64,000 nucleotides of DNA from Gemmatimonadota bacterium (GTDB taxonomy: Bacteria > Gemmatimonadota > Gemmatimonadetes > Palauibacterales > Palauibacteraceae): NCBI GenBank assembly GCA_046758745.1, contig JBHIAV010000003.1, positions 19,247 to 83,246 on the forward strand. Direction: 5' to 3'. Below are positions 32,902 to 42,647 of the stretch, piece after piece. Made by a program: the position numbers and the translations under genes. A model generated the notes under the pieces. That model had not been told where the DNA came from and searched no databases. It saw only the letters and a program-made list of their open reading frames with translations. Each line of letters starts with the position of its first letter. The first letter of the stretch is position 1.

Positions 32902-32942
32902 CGAAACGGGCCTTCCTCGAGACCCGAGGAGGGCCCGTTTCG
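32902..32942 (+). terminator. Strong hairpin between csp and rpsU
   Basis: cgaaacgggccttcctcg / cgaggagggcccgtttcg, 18-bp stem with one G-U pair; short T tail. Confidence 0.65.
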
Positions 32943-32967
32943 TTTCATGCAAAGAGCAGAGGTGATA

Positions 32968-33174
32968 GTGATCAGTGTGATTCTAAAGGAAGGCGACAGC
33001 CTGGATTGGGCGTTGAAGCAGTTTCGACGCAAGATGATACGGTCCGGACTGTTCAAGGACATGAAGAAACGACGCTTCTACGAGAAGCCCAGCGCGGCGC
33101 GGAGGCGCAAGTCGGCCGTGGCGAAGCGAAAGCGGCTCCGTTCCCTTCGGCGAGCCGCGCGTAAGAGATGGTAA
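32968..33174 (+). CDS. rpsU: 30S ribosomal protein S21
   Basis: ALKQFRRK, RFYEKPS..RRRK; GTG start with gaggtga SD. Confidence 0.93.
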   Translation: MISVILKEGDSLDWALKQFRRKMIRSGLFKDMKKRRFYEKPSAARRRKSAVAKRKRLRSLRRAARKRW

Positions 33175-33517
33175 GGGTGGCGTGGCGGTGATCTCGGACA
33201 CAATTCGGAAGACAGCCGAGATCAGGTCCCTCCTTGGATTTCGGATCGGAATTATGCACTTCAACGACACAATTCCGTTTCGGATTGTCTAATCGCAAAG
33301 ATGCCGGTCGTGGCTTGAATCTACACACGCCCGGCTGATACCGGAGGGCAGGCGCCCGTTGACAGTGCACCGGGCGGCTTCGGTCCAACGCTCGCTCGGC
33401 GCGTGTTCGAGAGACTCGAGCGCGGGCAGCAATGCGGGCCAAGGGGGAGTCTAGTGGCTGCCTCGGCGAGAAGCCGGGGGCGGCGGGGCGAGCGAGGCGG
33501 GCCGATGCCTCCGGTCT

Positions 33518-34219
33518 TCAGAGCAAAGCTTGCCGCAGCGACAGAATCTCGCTCCCGCCGAAGGGATCGATCCGGGACGCCACCGCAGGAGGTAGGTGCC
33601 GGCCCATCCAGCGAAGGCCGCCCTCTTCCAACAGCTCCGCCACGTAGTTCCAGTCGACGATCCGGGCGAGCCGGCGGACGTCCGGATCGTTCGTCCGCTC
33701 CGGACTACGTGAGCCTTTCCGCCGAGCCCTCGCTCTCAGATGCGAGACCGCCTTCGGGATGAATGCGAGCTCCGGCGGCCCGGCCCGGTAACGGACCCCC
33801 TCCCACGACAGATCCCGGCATCGCCCCATCACGCTCGCCGGGACCTCCAGCGTCAGCCCCGCTCCCAGCGTGAAGACCAGGGCGTTTTTCCTCTTGCGGT
33901 AGCAGGAGACGTCGAGCAGCCCGAGCGGTCCGGTGACATGGACGAAGCCCGTCCTCGGCGAAAGGAGTCGGGGAAGCCGGAGTTCGGATGCGATCGCGAC
34001 CTCCGACAGCCTCAGCACGCGGATCCTCTCGACGGCACTGAGCACCCGCTTGCCCCTCTCGAAGACCCCTCGCTCGATCGCGGCGTCGACGTCGTGTTCC
34101 GGCTGCCGGCAGTTCCCGAGCAACGGCAAGAAGCTGAGCGACCCGGATACGAAGTAGTCGTCGGAGCCTGCCACCGTCTCCAGCAGCCTCTCCAGCAACA
34201 ACCCGGCGTTCGCGGACAC
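33518..34219 (-). CDS. Nucleotidyltransferase-fold protein
   Basis: FVSGS-x13-HDVDAAI matches the hG[GS]...DhD Pol-beta superfamily motif. Confidence 0.6.
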   Translation of the reverse strand: MSANAGLLLERLLETVAGSDDYFVSGSLSFLPLLGNCRQPEHDVDAAIERGVFERGKRVLSAVERIRVLRLSEVAIASELRLPRLLSPRTGFVHVTGPLGLLDVSCYRKRKNALVFTLGAGLTLEVPASVMGRCRDLSWEGVRYRAGPPELAFIPKAVSHLRARARRKGSRSPERTNDPDVRRLARIVDWNYVAELLEEGGLRWMGRHLPPAVASRIDPFGGSEILSLRQALL

Positions 34220-34372
34220 TGCTAGCAGCGGCTCACCTGGGGTCCCCGCTTTTTCCGACCGTCACGCCCCGATGCGGAAGGGACGCCTCCGGGCATGCCC
34301 TCGCGCCGCGCTGCGTATCGCGCCGATCGATGGTTGTCGGGGGAGCCGGCGAGGTCGTGCGAAGCATGCGGA

Positions 34373-35122
34373 TCACTTCGGGGCAACCTGTCCGGCCCAC
34401 TCCGCGCTGACCCGACCGAGCTCCTCGATCACCTCGCCGTCCGAACGTCCCGAGCTCTTCCGCACATGGAACCCGTGGTCCGCTCCCTCCACGACATGGA
34501 GTGTCGCGGAATCCCCGAGCCGCTCGCACACCGGACGAAGCAGCTCGAGATCGGCGAGCGAGTCCCGGCTTCCCTGCACGAAGAGCATCGGCTGCGGGAC
34601 CCGGATGAGGTGATCGGCCCGGTCGGTCGAGGGCCTGCCGGGGGCATGCAGAGGGAAGCCGAAGAAAGCGATGCCGAGCACCCGATCCAATCCGCCCTCC
34701 GACGCCGCCAGGGACGTCATGCGACCGCCCATCGATTTCCCCCCCGCGTGCATCGGAAGATCTCCTGCCGCGCCGGCGGCAGCCTCGATCGCCGAGCGGA
34801 CGGTCGTGAGGAGGATCGGGTGTGGATCGGGCCTCCGACGCCCTCGCTCCATGTATGGGAAGTGATATCGGAAGGTCGCGATTCGGTGGTCGGCCAGCGC
34901 CGCCGCCATCGCCTCCATGAACCGGTGTCGCATGCCGGCACCGGCGCCGTGGGCGAACACGAAGAGCCACCGGGCGTCGGGCGGCCGGAGGAGCAGCGCG
35001 GACACCTCGCCCGAGCTGCGGGTCGCCTGGAAGCGGATCGCCTCGGCGGCGTTCTGGGCTCCGTCACCGCGGCAGCCGGCGCGGCAGGTCGCTTCGGCCC
35101 GCCGCGATATGCTCTCGGTCAT
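34373..35122 (-). CDS. Alpha/beta hydrolase (KANL3/Tex30-like)
   Basis: AHGAGAGM, GGKSMGGR, GFPLH, QGSRD, GADHGF. Confidence 0.9.
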   Translation of the reverse strand: MTESISRRAEATCRAGCRGDGAQNAAEAIRFQATRSSGEVSALLLRPPDARWLFVFAHGAGAGMRHRFMEAMAAALADHRIATFRYHFPYMERGRRRPDPHPILLTTVRSAIEAAAGAAGDLPMHAGGKSMGGRMTSLAASEGGLDRVLGIAFFGFPLHAPGRPSTDRADHLIRVPQPMLFVQGSRDSLADLELLRPVCERLGDSATLHVVEGADHGFHVRKSSGRSDGEVIEELGRVSAEWAGQVAPK

Positions 35123-35398
35123 TTCTGAATCTCCGGGACGCGGCTAGGCACGAGCCCGTCATAAGCAAAGAGCCAGTCCCCCCGGGCCGGGTCGCTCGTC
35201 GTAGGCGCCGGCGGCGGGCACCGCGAAAGCGATGATCGCCCCGGGCCACGAGAGATTCAACCGAGCGCGGACTGTTCGGCATCACCGGCCGCGGCGCACA
35301 CGATCGGCGCGGGGACGTCGAGCTGGACGAGAGGCGCTTCGACCCGGAGCACTGGACGGAGGGATCTCTCGAGTAGAGGCGCGGGCGGCGCTCAGCCT

Positions 35399-37003
35399 TC
35401 AGCGGAGCCGCTCGCTCAGCCACTCCGCCAGGTCGGCCAGCACCCTGCGGGCCACGGACTTCGAGGGGAGGCGGGCGTAGCCGGCCGGATCACCGTCGGG
35501 ATCATCTAGAAAGAGGTGGTTGACGTCTGGATACACCCGCACGGTAACGTCCGGATTCCCGCCTTCGCGCATCGCTGCTCCGAGCTCCTCCGCCTGATCC
35601 GGGGTGATCTGGGTGTCCGTCGCGCCCTGGAGTATGAGCGCCGGCGACCGCACCCGGCGGGCCTCCGCAAGCGGGTCGTGATCGAGGAACCAGGCGATCC
35701 AGGCGTGAACGGCGGCCAGCGAGTCGACCCGCTCCATGGCCGCGGCGAGCGCCGAGTCGCGGGCGACCGGCGCGATCGACGTGTCCCGTTCGATGGCGAA
35801 GGCGTTCTGGTAGCGCAGGATTTCCCGTCCCGTTCTGGAGGGTCCCGCCAGGGTGACGATCGCACCGATCGTCGGATCGGTCCCCGCCACCATCAGCGCG
35901 ATGAGGCCGCCCTCGCTGTGTCCGACGAGGGCGATGCGGGAGCTGTCCATATCGGGCCGCCCGCGCAGATACGCGACCGCCGCCCGGAAATCCTCGGCGA
36001 AGTCGGCCGTCGTCGCGTTCCTCACATCGCCCGTGGAGGCCCCGAAGCCGCGGTCATCCATCCGGAGCACCACGATCCCTCTTCGAGTCAGGGTATCGGC
36101 GATATCACGGAACGGGCGGTAGCCGGGCACTGTCGCCAGGGCCTCATCACGGTCCTGCAGCCCCGAGCCCGTGATGAGAACGGCCGCCGGGACGGGGCCC
36201 GTCGCCTCCCGCGGACGGGCCAACGTCCCGGCCAGGGTGTGGCCACCGGGCCCGCGTACGGTCACCTCCTCCGCCACGTAGGGCGCGTCCGCGGGCGCTG
36301 AGTAGTCCGGCGGGGCGACTCGGACCTGCCCGGGGGCCTCGCTCCGCCTGACCTCGACGCCCTGCGAGGGCACGTGCCCCCCCAGGAGACGCCCCGCCGT
36401 GTCGATCACGCCTCGGAACTCGACCGGCCCGAGCATCACGCGCACCGAGTCCCCAGGGAGCGACTCGACCCCGGCGGTGATGGTTTGCCCGTTCCCGACC
36501 AGGAAGAGTGGCAACTCGACGCTTCCCTCCCCCATCGCCCGAGCCCGGAGGATGACGTGCTCCACCAGAGCGAAGGAGAGGTTGAGGAACGGGATGGCAC
36601 CTTCGCGGGTGCCGAGTCGCTGGTGCGGCGGGGCCGGCGATCCGCGAACCTCGGCGAACGCGCTGTCGCCCCGAAAGTCGATCTCCGCCGTCATCAACGG
36701 CTCCGACCCCGGCTCTGCCGCCGGCCGGATCTCCAGCTCGAAGCGCTCAGCCGTGAAATCCTCGGCGCCCCGGAGCCGGTAGGTGAGCCACCGGCCGGTC
36801 AGACGATCGGCGAGCACTCCCTCCAAGGACGGCCCCGTTCGCTCGAAACGCTCCACCGCGATGGTGTCCTCGCCGAGCAGGACGACGAAGCCGGCGGGCG
36901 CCGCGGCATCCTGGGCGAGGAGCGGCCCGGCGAGGAGCACACGGCCGAGGAGCATCGCCACCCCGACGCCCGACGCCACCGCACCGAACCTCACCCTACG
37001 CAA
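35399..37003 (-). CDS. Exported alpha/beta hydrolase (S33/S9-like) with N-terminal beta domain
   Basis: ITGSGLQDRDE, GHSEGG, LQGATD, NHLF; signal ending LLA-Q; start overlaps the sdpI stop and is uncertain. Confidence 0.88.
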   Translation of the reverse strand: MRRVRFGAVASGVGVAMLLGRVLLAGPLLAQDAAAPAGFVVLLGEDTIAVERFERTGPSLEGVLADRLTGRWLTYRLRGAEDFTAERFELEIRPAAEPGSEPLMTAEIDFRGDSAFAEVRGSPAPPHQRLGTREGAIPFLNLSFALVEHVILRARAMGEGSVELPLFLVGNGQTITAGVESLPGDSVRVMLGPVEFRGVIDTAGRLLGGHVPSQGVEVRRSEAPGQVRVAPPDYSAPADAPYVAEEVTVRGPGGHTLAGTLARPREATGPVPAAVLITGSGLQDRDEALATVPGYRPFRDIADTLTRRGIVVLRMDDRGFGASTGDVRNATTADFAEDFRAAVAYLRGRPDMDSSRIALVGHSEGGLIALMVAGTDPTIGAIVTLAGPSRTGREILRYQNAFAIERDTSIAPVARDSALAAAMERVDSLAAVHAWIAWFLDHDPLAEARRVRSPALILQGATDTQITPDQAEELGAAMREGGNPDVTVRVYPDVNHLFLDDPDGDPAGYARLPSKSVARRVLADLAEWLSERLR

Positions 37004-37643
37004 CGCCTTTGCTCCTTTCCCGCCGGAAGGCCACATAGGAGAAGACGAGCGGGACCACCGCGGCCAGCATGACGGCCGTCCCCGCGATCCAGCCCCGCAG
37101 GCGCGCCGGGGCGACGATCGTGAGGAGGAACGTCACCCCCGCCCCGACGAAGCAGCGGCCGGCCAGGCGGTGCGTGGCCTTCCACACCGACTCGCTCTCC
37201 AGCGTCCACGGCGTTCGAATGCCGATCCACCAGTTCGACCTGACCCGCGGAAGGTAGTTGCCGATCGCAATCAGGACGACGCCGAGCGCGACCAGCATGA
37301 GACGCGGTCCCACGATCGGCCAGCCGAGGGCCTCCCCGAAGGAGAGCACCTCGATGAAGGCGATGAGAAGGACGATCCAGTTGACGAGAAGCCAGTACGT
37401 TTCGCGGAAGCGCTCGTAGTGCTGCCGGCGCGGATCGATGCGCGGCAGGAAGAGAAGGAGGAGCCACACCAGCAGGCCGAGGCCCGGGAAGAGGAACGCG
37501 CCAGGCCACTTCGCCATCCAGCCGTCCGCCTCCCAGCGCAGGTTCCAGTGGGTCGGGATCTCTCGGGGAAGCGAGGGGAAGGCGAGGAGCGAGGCCGCCA
37601 GCATGGCGGCGATCACCACCGGGGCGATCCACGGCCGCCTCAT
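36996..37643 (-). CDS. sdpI: SdpI family immunity membrane protein
   Basis: IPTHW...EADGW, GNYLPRVRSNWWIGIRTPWTL..VWKATHRLAG. Confidence 0.9.
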   Translation of the reverse strand: MRRPWIAPVVIAAMLAASLLAFPSLPREIPTHWNLRWEADGWMAKWPGAFLFPGLGLLVWLLLLFLPRIDPRRQHYERFRETYWLLVNWIVLLIAFIEVLSFGEALGWPIVGPRLMLVALGVVLIAIGNYLPRVRSNWWIGIRTPWTLESESVWKATHRLAGRCFVGAGVTFLLTIVAPARLRGWIAGTAVMLAAVVPLVFSYVAFRRERSKGVA

Positions 37644-37915
37644 CGCCTCTTCCCCACATCGAACAGCTCCATGATCTCCTCCAGCACTTCCTGGAAGACG
37701 GTGCTCTCGAGGGAGTACACGATGCGGCGCCCCTCCCGCACCGCGCTTACCAGCCCCGCCTCCTTCAGCACCGCCAGATGGTGCGAAACGGACGCGCCCG
37801 TGATCGGAAAGAGCGCCGCGATCTCACCGGCCGGCATATCCCTGCTCCGAAGCACGTGGAGGATCCGCCTGCGAGTAGGATCGGCCAGGGCATGCAGCGT
37901 CCGATCGATCGGCAA
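37640..37915 (-). CDS. sdpR: ArsR-family autorepressor SdpR
   Basis: ALADPTRRRIL, VSHHLAVLKEAGLV, YSLESTVFQE; coupled to sdpI. Confidence 0.88.
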   Translation of the reverse strand: MPIDRTLHALADPTRRRILHVLRSRDMPAGEIAALFPITGASVSHHLAVLKEAGLVSAVREGRRIVYSLESTVFQEVLEEIMELFDVGKRR

Positions 37916-37937
37916 CGGCCTCTCCGGGAGCGGGATG

Positions 37938-37970
37938 TTTAGACATACATCTATTAGATGACTGTCTAAA
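37938..37970. promoter_or_regulatory. 33-bp AT-rich palindrome, probable SdpR operator
   Basis: tttagacaTAcatctaTtagatgACtgtctaaa. A minus-strand TTGACG-N17-CATTAT lies immediately upstream of it. Confidence 0.75.
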
Positions 37971-38222
37971 TAATGTCGGCGTCATATCCGCCCGTCAAGC
38001 TTCCGGAGGCTCCGCATCGCCGAGGTGCCCGGGATCTCCTCTCCGGCCTTGCCGCGTGTGCGCTCACCGGAACGGGGAGAATCTCCCCGCGCCTCTCGAC
38101 GCCGGCCGTGTGGCGCGCTCGGTTGCCGCGCTACCTGACCCTCGGTTGCCGCGCCCCCGGCGGGGGCCGCATCCTGACCGCGGCCGGCCTCCAGCGAACT
38201 GACGGGGAGGGAGAGGCGACGC

Positions 38223-39773
38223 ATGTCTGCGGGGCATTCCGAGGCGGCGGAGCGCGATCGAGGCGCGTGGCGGAGCCAGCTCGCCCTCCCGATCGTGGGG
38301 ATCACGCTCATGGCCGTCCTCCTCCGCTTGCCGTCCCTCCTGGACGCCTTCTGGCTGGACGAGATCTGGTCGCTCGAGCTGGCGGAGCAAGCGGGCTCCG
38401 CCGCGCGGGTGTTCACGGCGCTGCACCACGACAACAACCACTACCTGAACACCCTCTACCTGCTCGCCCTCGGGCCCGAGGCGGCCTGGCCCCTCTTCCG
38501 CCTCCCCGCCCTCCTGGCCGGAGCGGGAGTCGTCTACCTGGCGGGACGCCTCGGGGCAAGAGAAGGACGGGCGGAGGGCGTCCTGGCGGCTTTCCTCCTC
38601 GCGGTCTCGTACCCCTTCGTCCTCTACTCCTCCGAGGCCCGGGGATACGGCCTCGTCGTCTTGCTCTCCCTGGCCGCGTACGCCACGCTCGCACGTCATC
38701 TGGAGGACCGGCGCTTCGCGACGGCAGGGGCTTTCGCCGCCACCGCGTCGCTCGGCTTCCTGTCGCATCTCACCTTCCTGACCGTGTACGCCCCGCTCCT
38801 GGCCTGGTCGGCGTTCCGGATCGTGACGACGCGGCGCGGCCTGCGGGAGACGGTGGCCCGCCTCACCGCTTGCCATCTCCTGCCAGTCGCTACCGTCGCG
38901 GTGCTCTTCTTCGTCGACCTCCGGCACCTTCGCGCGGGCGGAGGGCCGGACCTTCCGCTCCTCCGCGGGTGGCTCGACGCATACGTCTACTCGCTCGGCG
39001 CGCCGCGCACGGGTCTCCTCGGCCTTGTCGTCGTGGTAGGGGGCGCAGCCGCGGTACTGCTGGAGCTCGAGGCGCTTCGGCGGCGGCGCGCCGACGAGTG
39101 GATCTTCTTCCTCTTCGTGCTGGCCGCACCGGTCGGTCTCCTGGTGGCGACCGGGACCGGCTACGCTCCGCCGCGCTATTTCCTCGCCTCCCTCCCCTTC
39201 GCCCTCCTCCTCCTGGCGCGCACCCTCGCGAGGGGATTCCGCACCGCGCCGGCCGGCCGCCTCGCCGCCGGTGCGCTCCTTCTCACCTTCGGAGTGGGGA
39301 ACGGATGGCGGATCGGCCGATTCCTGGCCGAGGGCCGCGGAGCCTATCGGGAGGCGGTCGAGCACATGGCCGGGCACACGTCCGCCGCTCTGATTCGCGT
39401 CGGGAGCGATCACGACTTCCGGAACGAGAAGGTGCTTCACTATTACGCGCGCTTCCTGCCGGCCGGCAAGACGCTGAGGTACGTGACGGCCGGCGAGCGA
39501 CCGTCCGCCCCCCCCGAGTGGTACCTCATCCACGACCTGGAGGATGACTTCCGGCCGGAGGTGAGGATCGCGATCGCCAGCGGAACCGGATACGCGCTCC
39601 AGGCGGTGTTCCGGAAGTACGGCCTGTCGGGCTGGAACTGGGCCGTGTACCGGCGCGAGGAGCGGGGAATGGGCCGTGGTCCGGCGCGAGGAGGGAGGAG
39701 CGAGTCGGCGTCCTACTCGCCGTCCCCGGTCGGGCCGGCCGGCGTCGCGGTTCGCTCCCGTGCGCGGCGGTAG
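38223..39773 (+). CDS. GT-C fold membrane glycosyltransferase (ArnT/PMT, family 39-like)
   Basis: FWLDE, SSEARGY, PRY, many TM helices, soluble C-terminal domain. Confidence 0.8.
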   Translation: MSAGHSEAAERDRGAWRSQLALPIVGITLMAVLLRLPSLLDAFWLDEIWSLELAEQAGSAARVFTALHHDNNHYLNTLYLLALGPEAAWPLFRLPALLAGAGVVYLAGRLGAREGRAEGVLAAFLLAVSYPFVLYSSEARGYGLVVLLSLAAYATLARHLEDRRFATAGAFAATASLGFLSHLTFLTVYAPLLAWSAFRIVTTRRGLRETVARLTACHLLPVATVAVLFFVDLRHLRAGGGPDLPLLRGWLDAYVYSLGAPRTGLLGLVVVVGGAAAVLLELEALRRRRADEWIFFLFVLAAPVGLLVATGTGYAPPRYFLASLPFALLLLARTLARGFRTAPAGRLAAGALLLTFGVGNGWRIGRFLAEGRGAYREAVEHMAGHTSAALIRVGSDHDFRNEKVLHYYARFLPAGKTLRYVTAGERPSAPPEWYLIHDLEDDFRPEVRIAIASGTGYALQAVFRKYGLSGWNWAVYRREERGMGRGPARGGRSESASYSPSPVGPAGVAVRSRARR

Positions 39774-40312
39774 AGCCGGCGGAGGAGGAAGGTGACCGCC
39801 AGGATGGTGACGATGGCCAGCCACACGCCTCCGAAGACCGATGCGTCGAGCTGCGCGGCGGACTCACCGACCAGGTACCCGATCGTCCCGATCCCGATCG
39901 CCCACACCATGCAGTTGATCGCCTCGCCGATGAGGAAATAGGGCGCCGATACGGAGCTGAGGCCGATCGCCACGGCCCCGATTCGCCGCATCCCGTACAT
40001 GTACTGGAGGGCGATCACGGCGGTCAGAGATCGGCGGCGGATCAGCGCGTCCATACGGCCGATCCCCGGCCCCCAGCGGGGGAACCAGGCCAGTATCCGC
40101 TGGCCGCTGAACACGCGCCCCAGCGTGAAGAAGAGGAAGTGGCTGAACCAGCTGCCCACCGCCGCGGCGAGCCACACCGCGAACGGATCGAGCAACCCCC
40201 TGTTGGCCAGGGCGGCGGCGGAGATGAGAACGGTCTCGCCCTCCAGGAACGAGCCGAACGCCACGCCCAGCCAGCCGTACTCCCGCAGGAGCTCGAGGAC
40301 GGTGGGATCCAC
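39713..40312 (-). CDS. DedA family membrane protein
   Basis: GSFLEGET, QYMYGMR (F/YxxxR motif). Confidence 0.88.
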   Translation of the reverse strand: MDPTVLELLREYGWLGVAFGSFLEGETVLISAAALANRGLLDPFAVWLAAAVGSWFSHFLFFTLGRVFSGQRILAWFPRWGPGIGRMDALIRRRSLTAVIALQYMYGMRRIGAVAIGLSSVSAPYFLIGEAINCMVWAIGIGTIGYLVGESAAQLDASVFGGVWLAIVTILAVTFLLRRLYRRARERTATPAGPTGDGE

Positions 40313-40600
40313 GGGGCTGGAGCGGGCCGGGCGCCGCGGGCTATGCGCCCGTTTGTGCGGGCCGAGCCGGCCCGCCGGGGCCGGCCATCCGTCCCGTCAC
40401 CACCTACCCGACAGCTCGAGGCGCGCGAGCTTCATGCCGACCCTCCCCCGTGATGTGATGCGAAGTGCGAGCGTCGTTCCGTCGGCGTCAGGATGCGGCC
40501 GCTCCACCGCAAGGCACAATACCTCGCGGGGCGTGGGGTGGGGCGCGGTGCGGGCCGCGTCCGCTGGAAGAGGCGTCGTCCGACCCGGACGACGGATCCG

Positions 40601-40822
40601 CTACAGGCCGAGGAGAAAGCGGTGCTCCACCGGGCTTCCGCCCGCGTGCACCACCTTGTCCGGTCGGAAGTCCACCAGGGTGATGCGGTCGCAGCCGTCC
40701 GGATAGGACGTCTCGACCCGCCACCGCCGCATGTCGCCGTCGCGCACCTCGGCGATCGTAGCCCTGGTGGGGCGCTCCCGGTGCGGGCAGCTCTCGACGA
40801 CCACCGCCTTATCGGGCTCCAT
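40601..40822 (-). CDS. Small hypothetical protein (73 aa)
   Basis: ggagag SD upstream of the ATG; beta-rich natural-looking sequence in an otherwise empty gap. Confidence 0.4.
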   Translation of the reverse strand: MEPDKAVVVESCPHRERPTRATIAEVRDGDMRRWRVETSYPDGCDRITLVDFRPDKVVHAGGSPVEHRFLLGL

Positions 40823-41148
40823 CGCTGGGCGCTCTCCGCTGGGATTGACAGCCTCCGGACGGGCCGGAGCGTGGATCCGGGTTGCAGAAGCAAAGAGTCT
40901 GCCACACCTTGGGAATCAGCTTGGATCAGCCGCAACGTGCTGCAAGAGCGTCGCTTACGTGGCGCGCACATGCCGGGCTGGGTTGCCGCCCTCACCGGTT
41001 GCGCCCGACCGGGTGGCGATACGCAACACGCCCCGGTGAGCGGTGCGTGGCGGCTGCCACGTGCGCGCGACACCCGATGCCGTCGTATATTCCCCGCGAA
41101 GCGGCAATCCGCTTCCCTCCTACCGACAACCCACTCGCGGGAGCAAGG

Positions 41149-41655
41149 ATGGCGAGCGAGAAGCTTCGGAAGGCTATGAACGAGCAGATCGGGCACGAGC
41201 TCTACTCCTCTCACCTGTACCTGGCGATGTCGGTCTACTGCGCGGACCGAAACCTCAAAGGTTTCGCCCACTGGATGCGCCAGCAGAGCCGGGAAGAGGC
41301 GGGCCACGCCATGAGGTTCGTCGACTTCCTCCTCGAGTGCGGGGAGCGCGTGGAGCTCGCGGCAATCGACCAACCCCCTGCCGATTTCGGATCCCCGCTG
41401 GACATCATGCAGGGCTCGCTCGACCACGAAAGGAAGGTGACAGGGCTGATTGAGAGGCTGTACGAGACGGCGGGAGAGGAGAAGGACTACCCGGCCCAGG
41501 TCTTCCTGCAGTGGTTCATCAGCGAGCAGGTGGAGGAGGAGAGCCGTATAAGCGAGATCGTCGAGCAACTCAAGCTCTTTGGCTCAGAGGGCATCGCCCT
41601 GCTCACCCTCGACCGGGAGCTCGGCTCGCGGACCGCAGGCGAGGGGGAGGAGTAG
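41149..41655 (+). CDS. ftnA: Non-heme ferritin
   Basis: HELYSSHLYLAM, EE.GHA, FLQWFISEQVEEE. Confidence 0.95.
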   Translation: MASEKLRKAMNEQIGHELYSSHLYLAMSVYCADRNLKGFAHWMRQQSREEAGHAMRFVDFLLECGERVELAAIDQPPADFGSPLDIMQGSLDHERKVTGLIERLYETAGEEKDYPAQVFLQWFISEQVEEESRISEIVEQLKLFGSEGIALLTLDRELGSRTAGEGEE

Positions 41656-41663
41656 CGGGGCGT

Positions 41664-42425
41664 ATGGCTGGTTTTCGCGTCGGGTCCGTACTCGCGGCCT
41701 TCCTGGCTCTGGCCCCCGGCCTTCCGGCTCAAGCGCCGGAGGATGAGGAGCCGCTGCCGAGCGGGCTGCCGCAAGCTCGGGAGGCTCTCCCGATCACGCC
41801 GGCGGAGGTCCTCCGCGTTATCGAGTACGCGAACCCGCTCGGGATCGCGGTCCGTGAGCTTCCCCGGCAGCTGAGCCGCGCGGAGATCGGCCGCATCCAG
41901 GTGGCGCTGGCGGAGCGCGGCTTCGACCCGGGCACGCGGGAGGGAGAGCTGGACGCCGCTACCGCCGAGGCGCTCCGGGCGTTCCAGCAAAGTCGGGGGC
42001 TGGCCCCGTGCGGCTGTGTTTCCTACGAGACCGTGACGGAGCTCGGCATACCGGTCGTGATCGTGCTCCGGCTCGCCAATGCGGGGGATTCGAAGGGGAC
42101 GCGGCGAGTGAGCGCCGCGGAAGCCGGACCGGAAGGAGAGGTCGGGGGCCGGAGCAGCAACGCCTCGGCCGAGGGGTACGAAGGGGCCGAGCCCTGGGCC
42201 GCGTGGAGCCCCGTCTATCCGGTCCTCTTCCATCAGCGGGTGGAGTTTCTTCCCCCGGAAGACGGCGAGGGCGCGGTTCCATCGGCGGAGCCGCGAGGGG
42301 CCGGAACGACTTCCGGCGGCGCGACGGGTGACCGCGCGGTCCGTCCACCCGGGGTGCGCCCCGCCCCGCCCCCACGCACAGCGCCGCCCCTGCCCGGGCG
42401 GATGGCGCCTCGACGCTCGTTCTGA
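41664..42425 (+). CDS. Secreted peptidoglycan-binding domain protein
   Basis: IQVALAERGFDPG..EG.LD.AT..ALRAFQ...GL; signal peptide; Pro-rich tail. Confidence 0.8.
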   Translation: MAGFRVGSVLAAFLALAPGLPAQAPEDEEPLPSGLPQAREALPITPAEVLRVIEYANPLGIAVRELPRQLSRAEIGRIQVALAERGFDPGTREGELDAATAEALRAFQQSRGLAPCGCVSYETVTELGIPVVIVLRLANAGDSKGTRRVSAAEAGPEGEVGGRSSNASAEGYEGAEPWAAWSPVYPVLFHQRVEFLPPEDGEGAVPSAEPRGAGTTSGGATGDRAVRPPGVRPAPPPRTAPPLPGRMAPRRSF

Positions 42426-42448
42426 GGAGGCTCCTCCGCGTGCGGCGT

Positions 42449-42509
42449 GAACGCCGTTCCGAGCACGGTCGCGAGCGCGGATCCGAACGCCGTTCCGAGC
42501 GCGGATCCG
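42449..42509. repeat. Interleaved short direct repeats
   Basis: gaacgccgttccgagc at 42449 and 42485; gagcgcggatccg at 42473 and 42497. Confidence 0.75.
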
Positions 42510-42647
42510 CACGCGTGCGGGCGCCGGGGGGTGCGAGAACGCTCCGGGCGCGCATGCGCCTTGCGTACCTCCGGAGTGCGAGGTAGACAGGTGAAGGGAA
42601 CTCGGCACGAGCCCGAGGCAGGAAGAGGGACCCACCAGCGAGGACGC

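Noticed and set aside
33190-33230. SRP RNA-like words (ggaagacagcc, caggtcc)
   Set aside because: Order and spacing do not match the SRP domain IV consensus.
40845-40850. Perfect TTGACA as a ferritin promoter
   Set aside because: No -10 element at 16-18 bp spacing, and it lies 300 bp from the gene.
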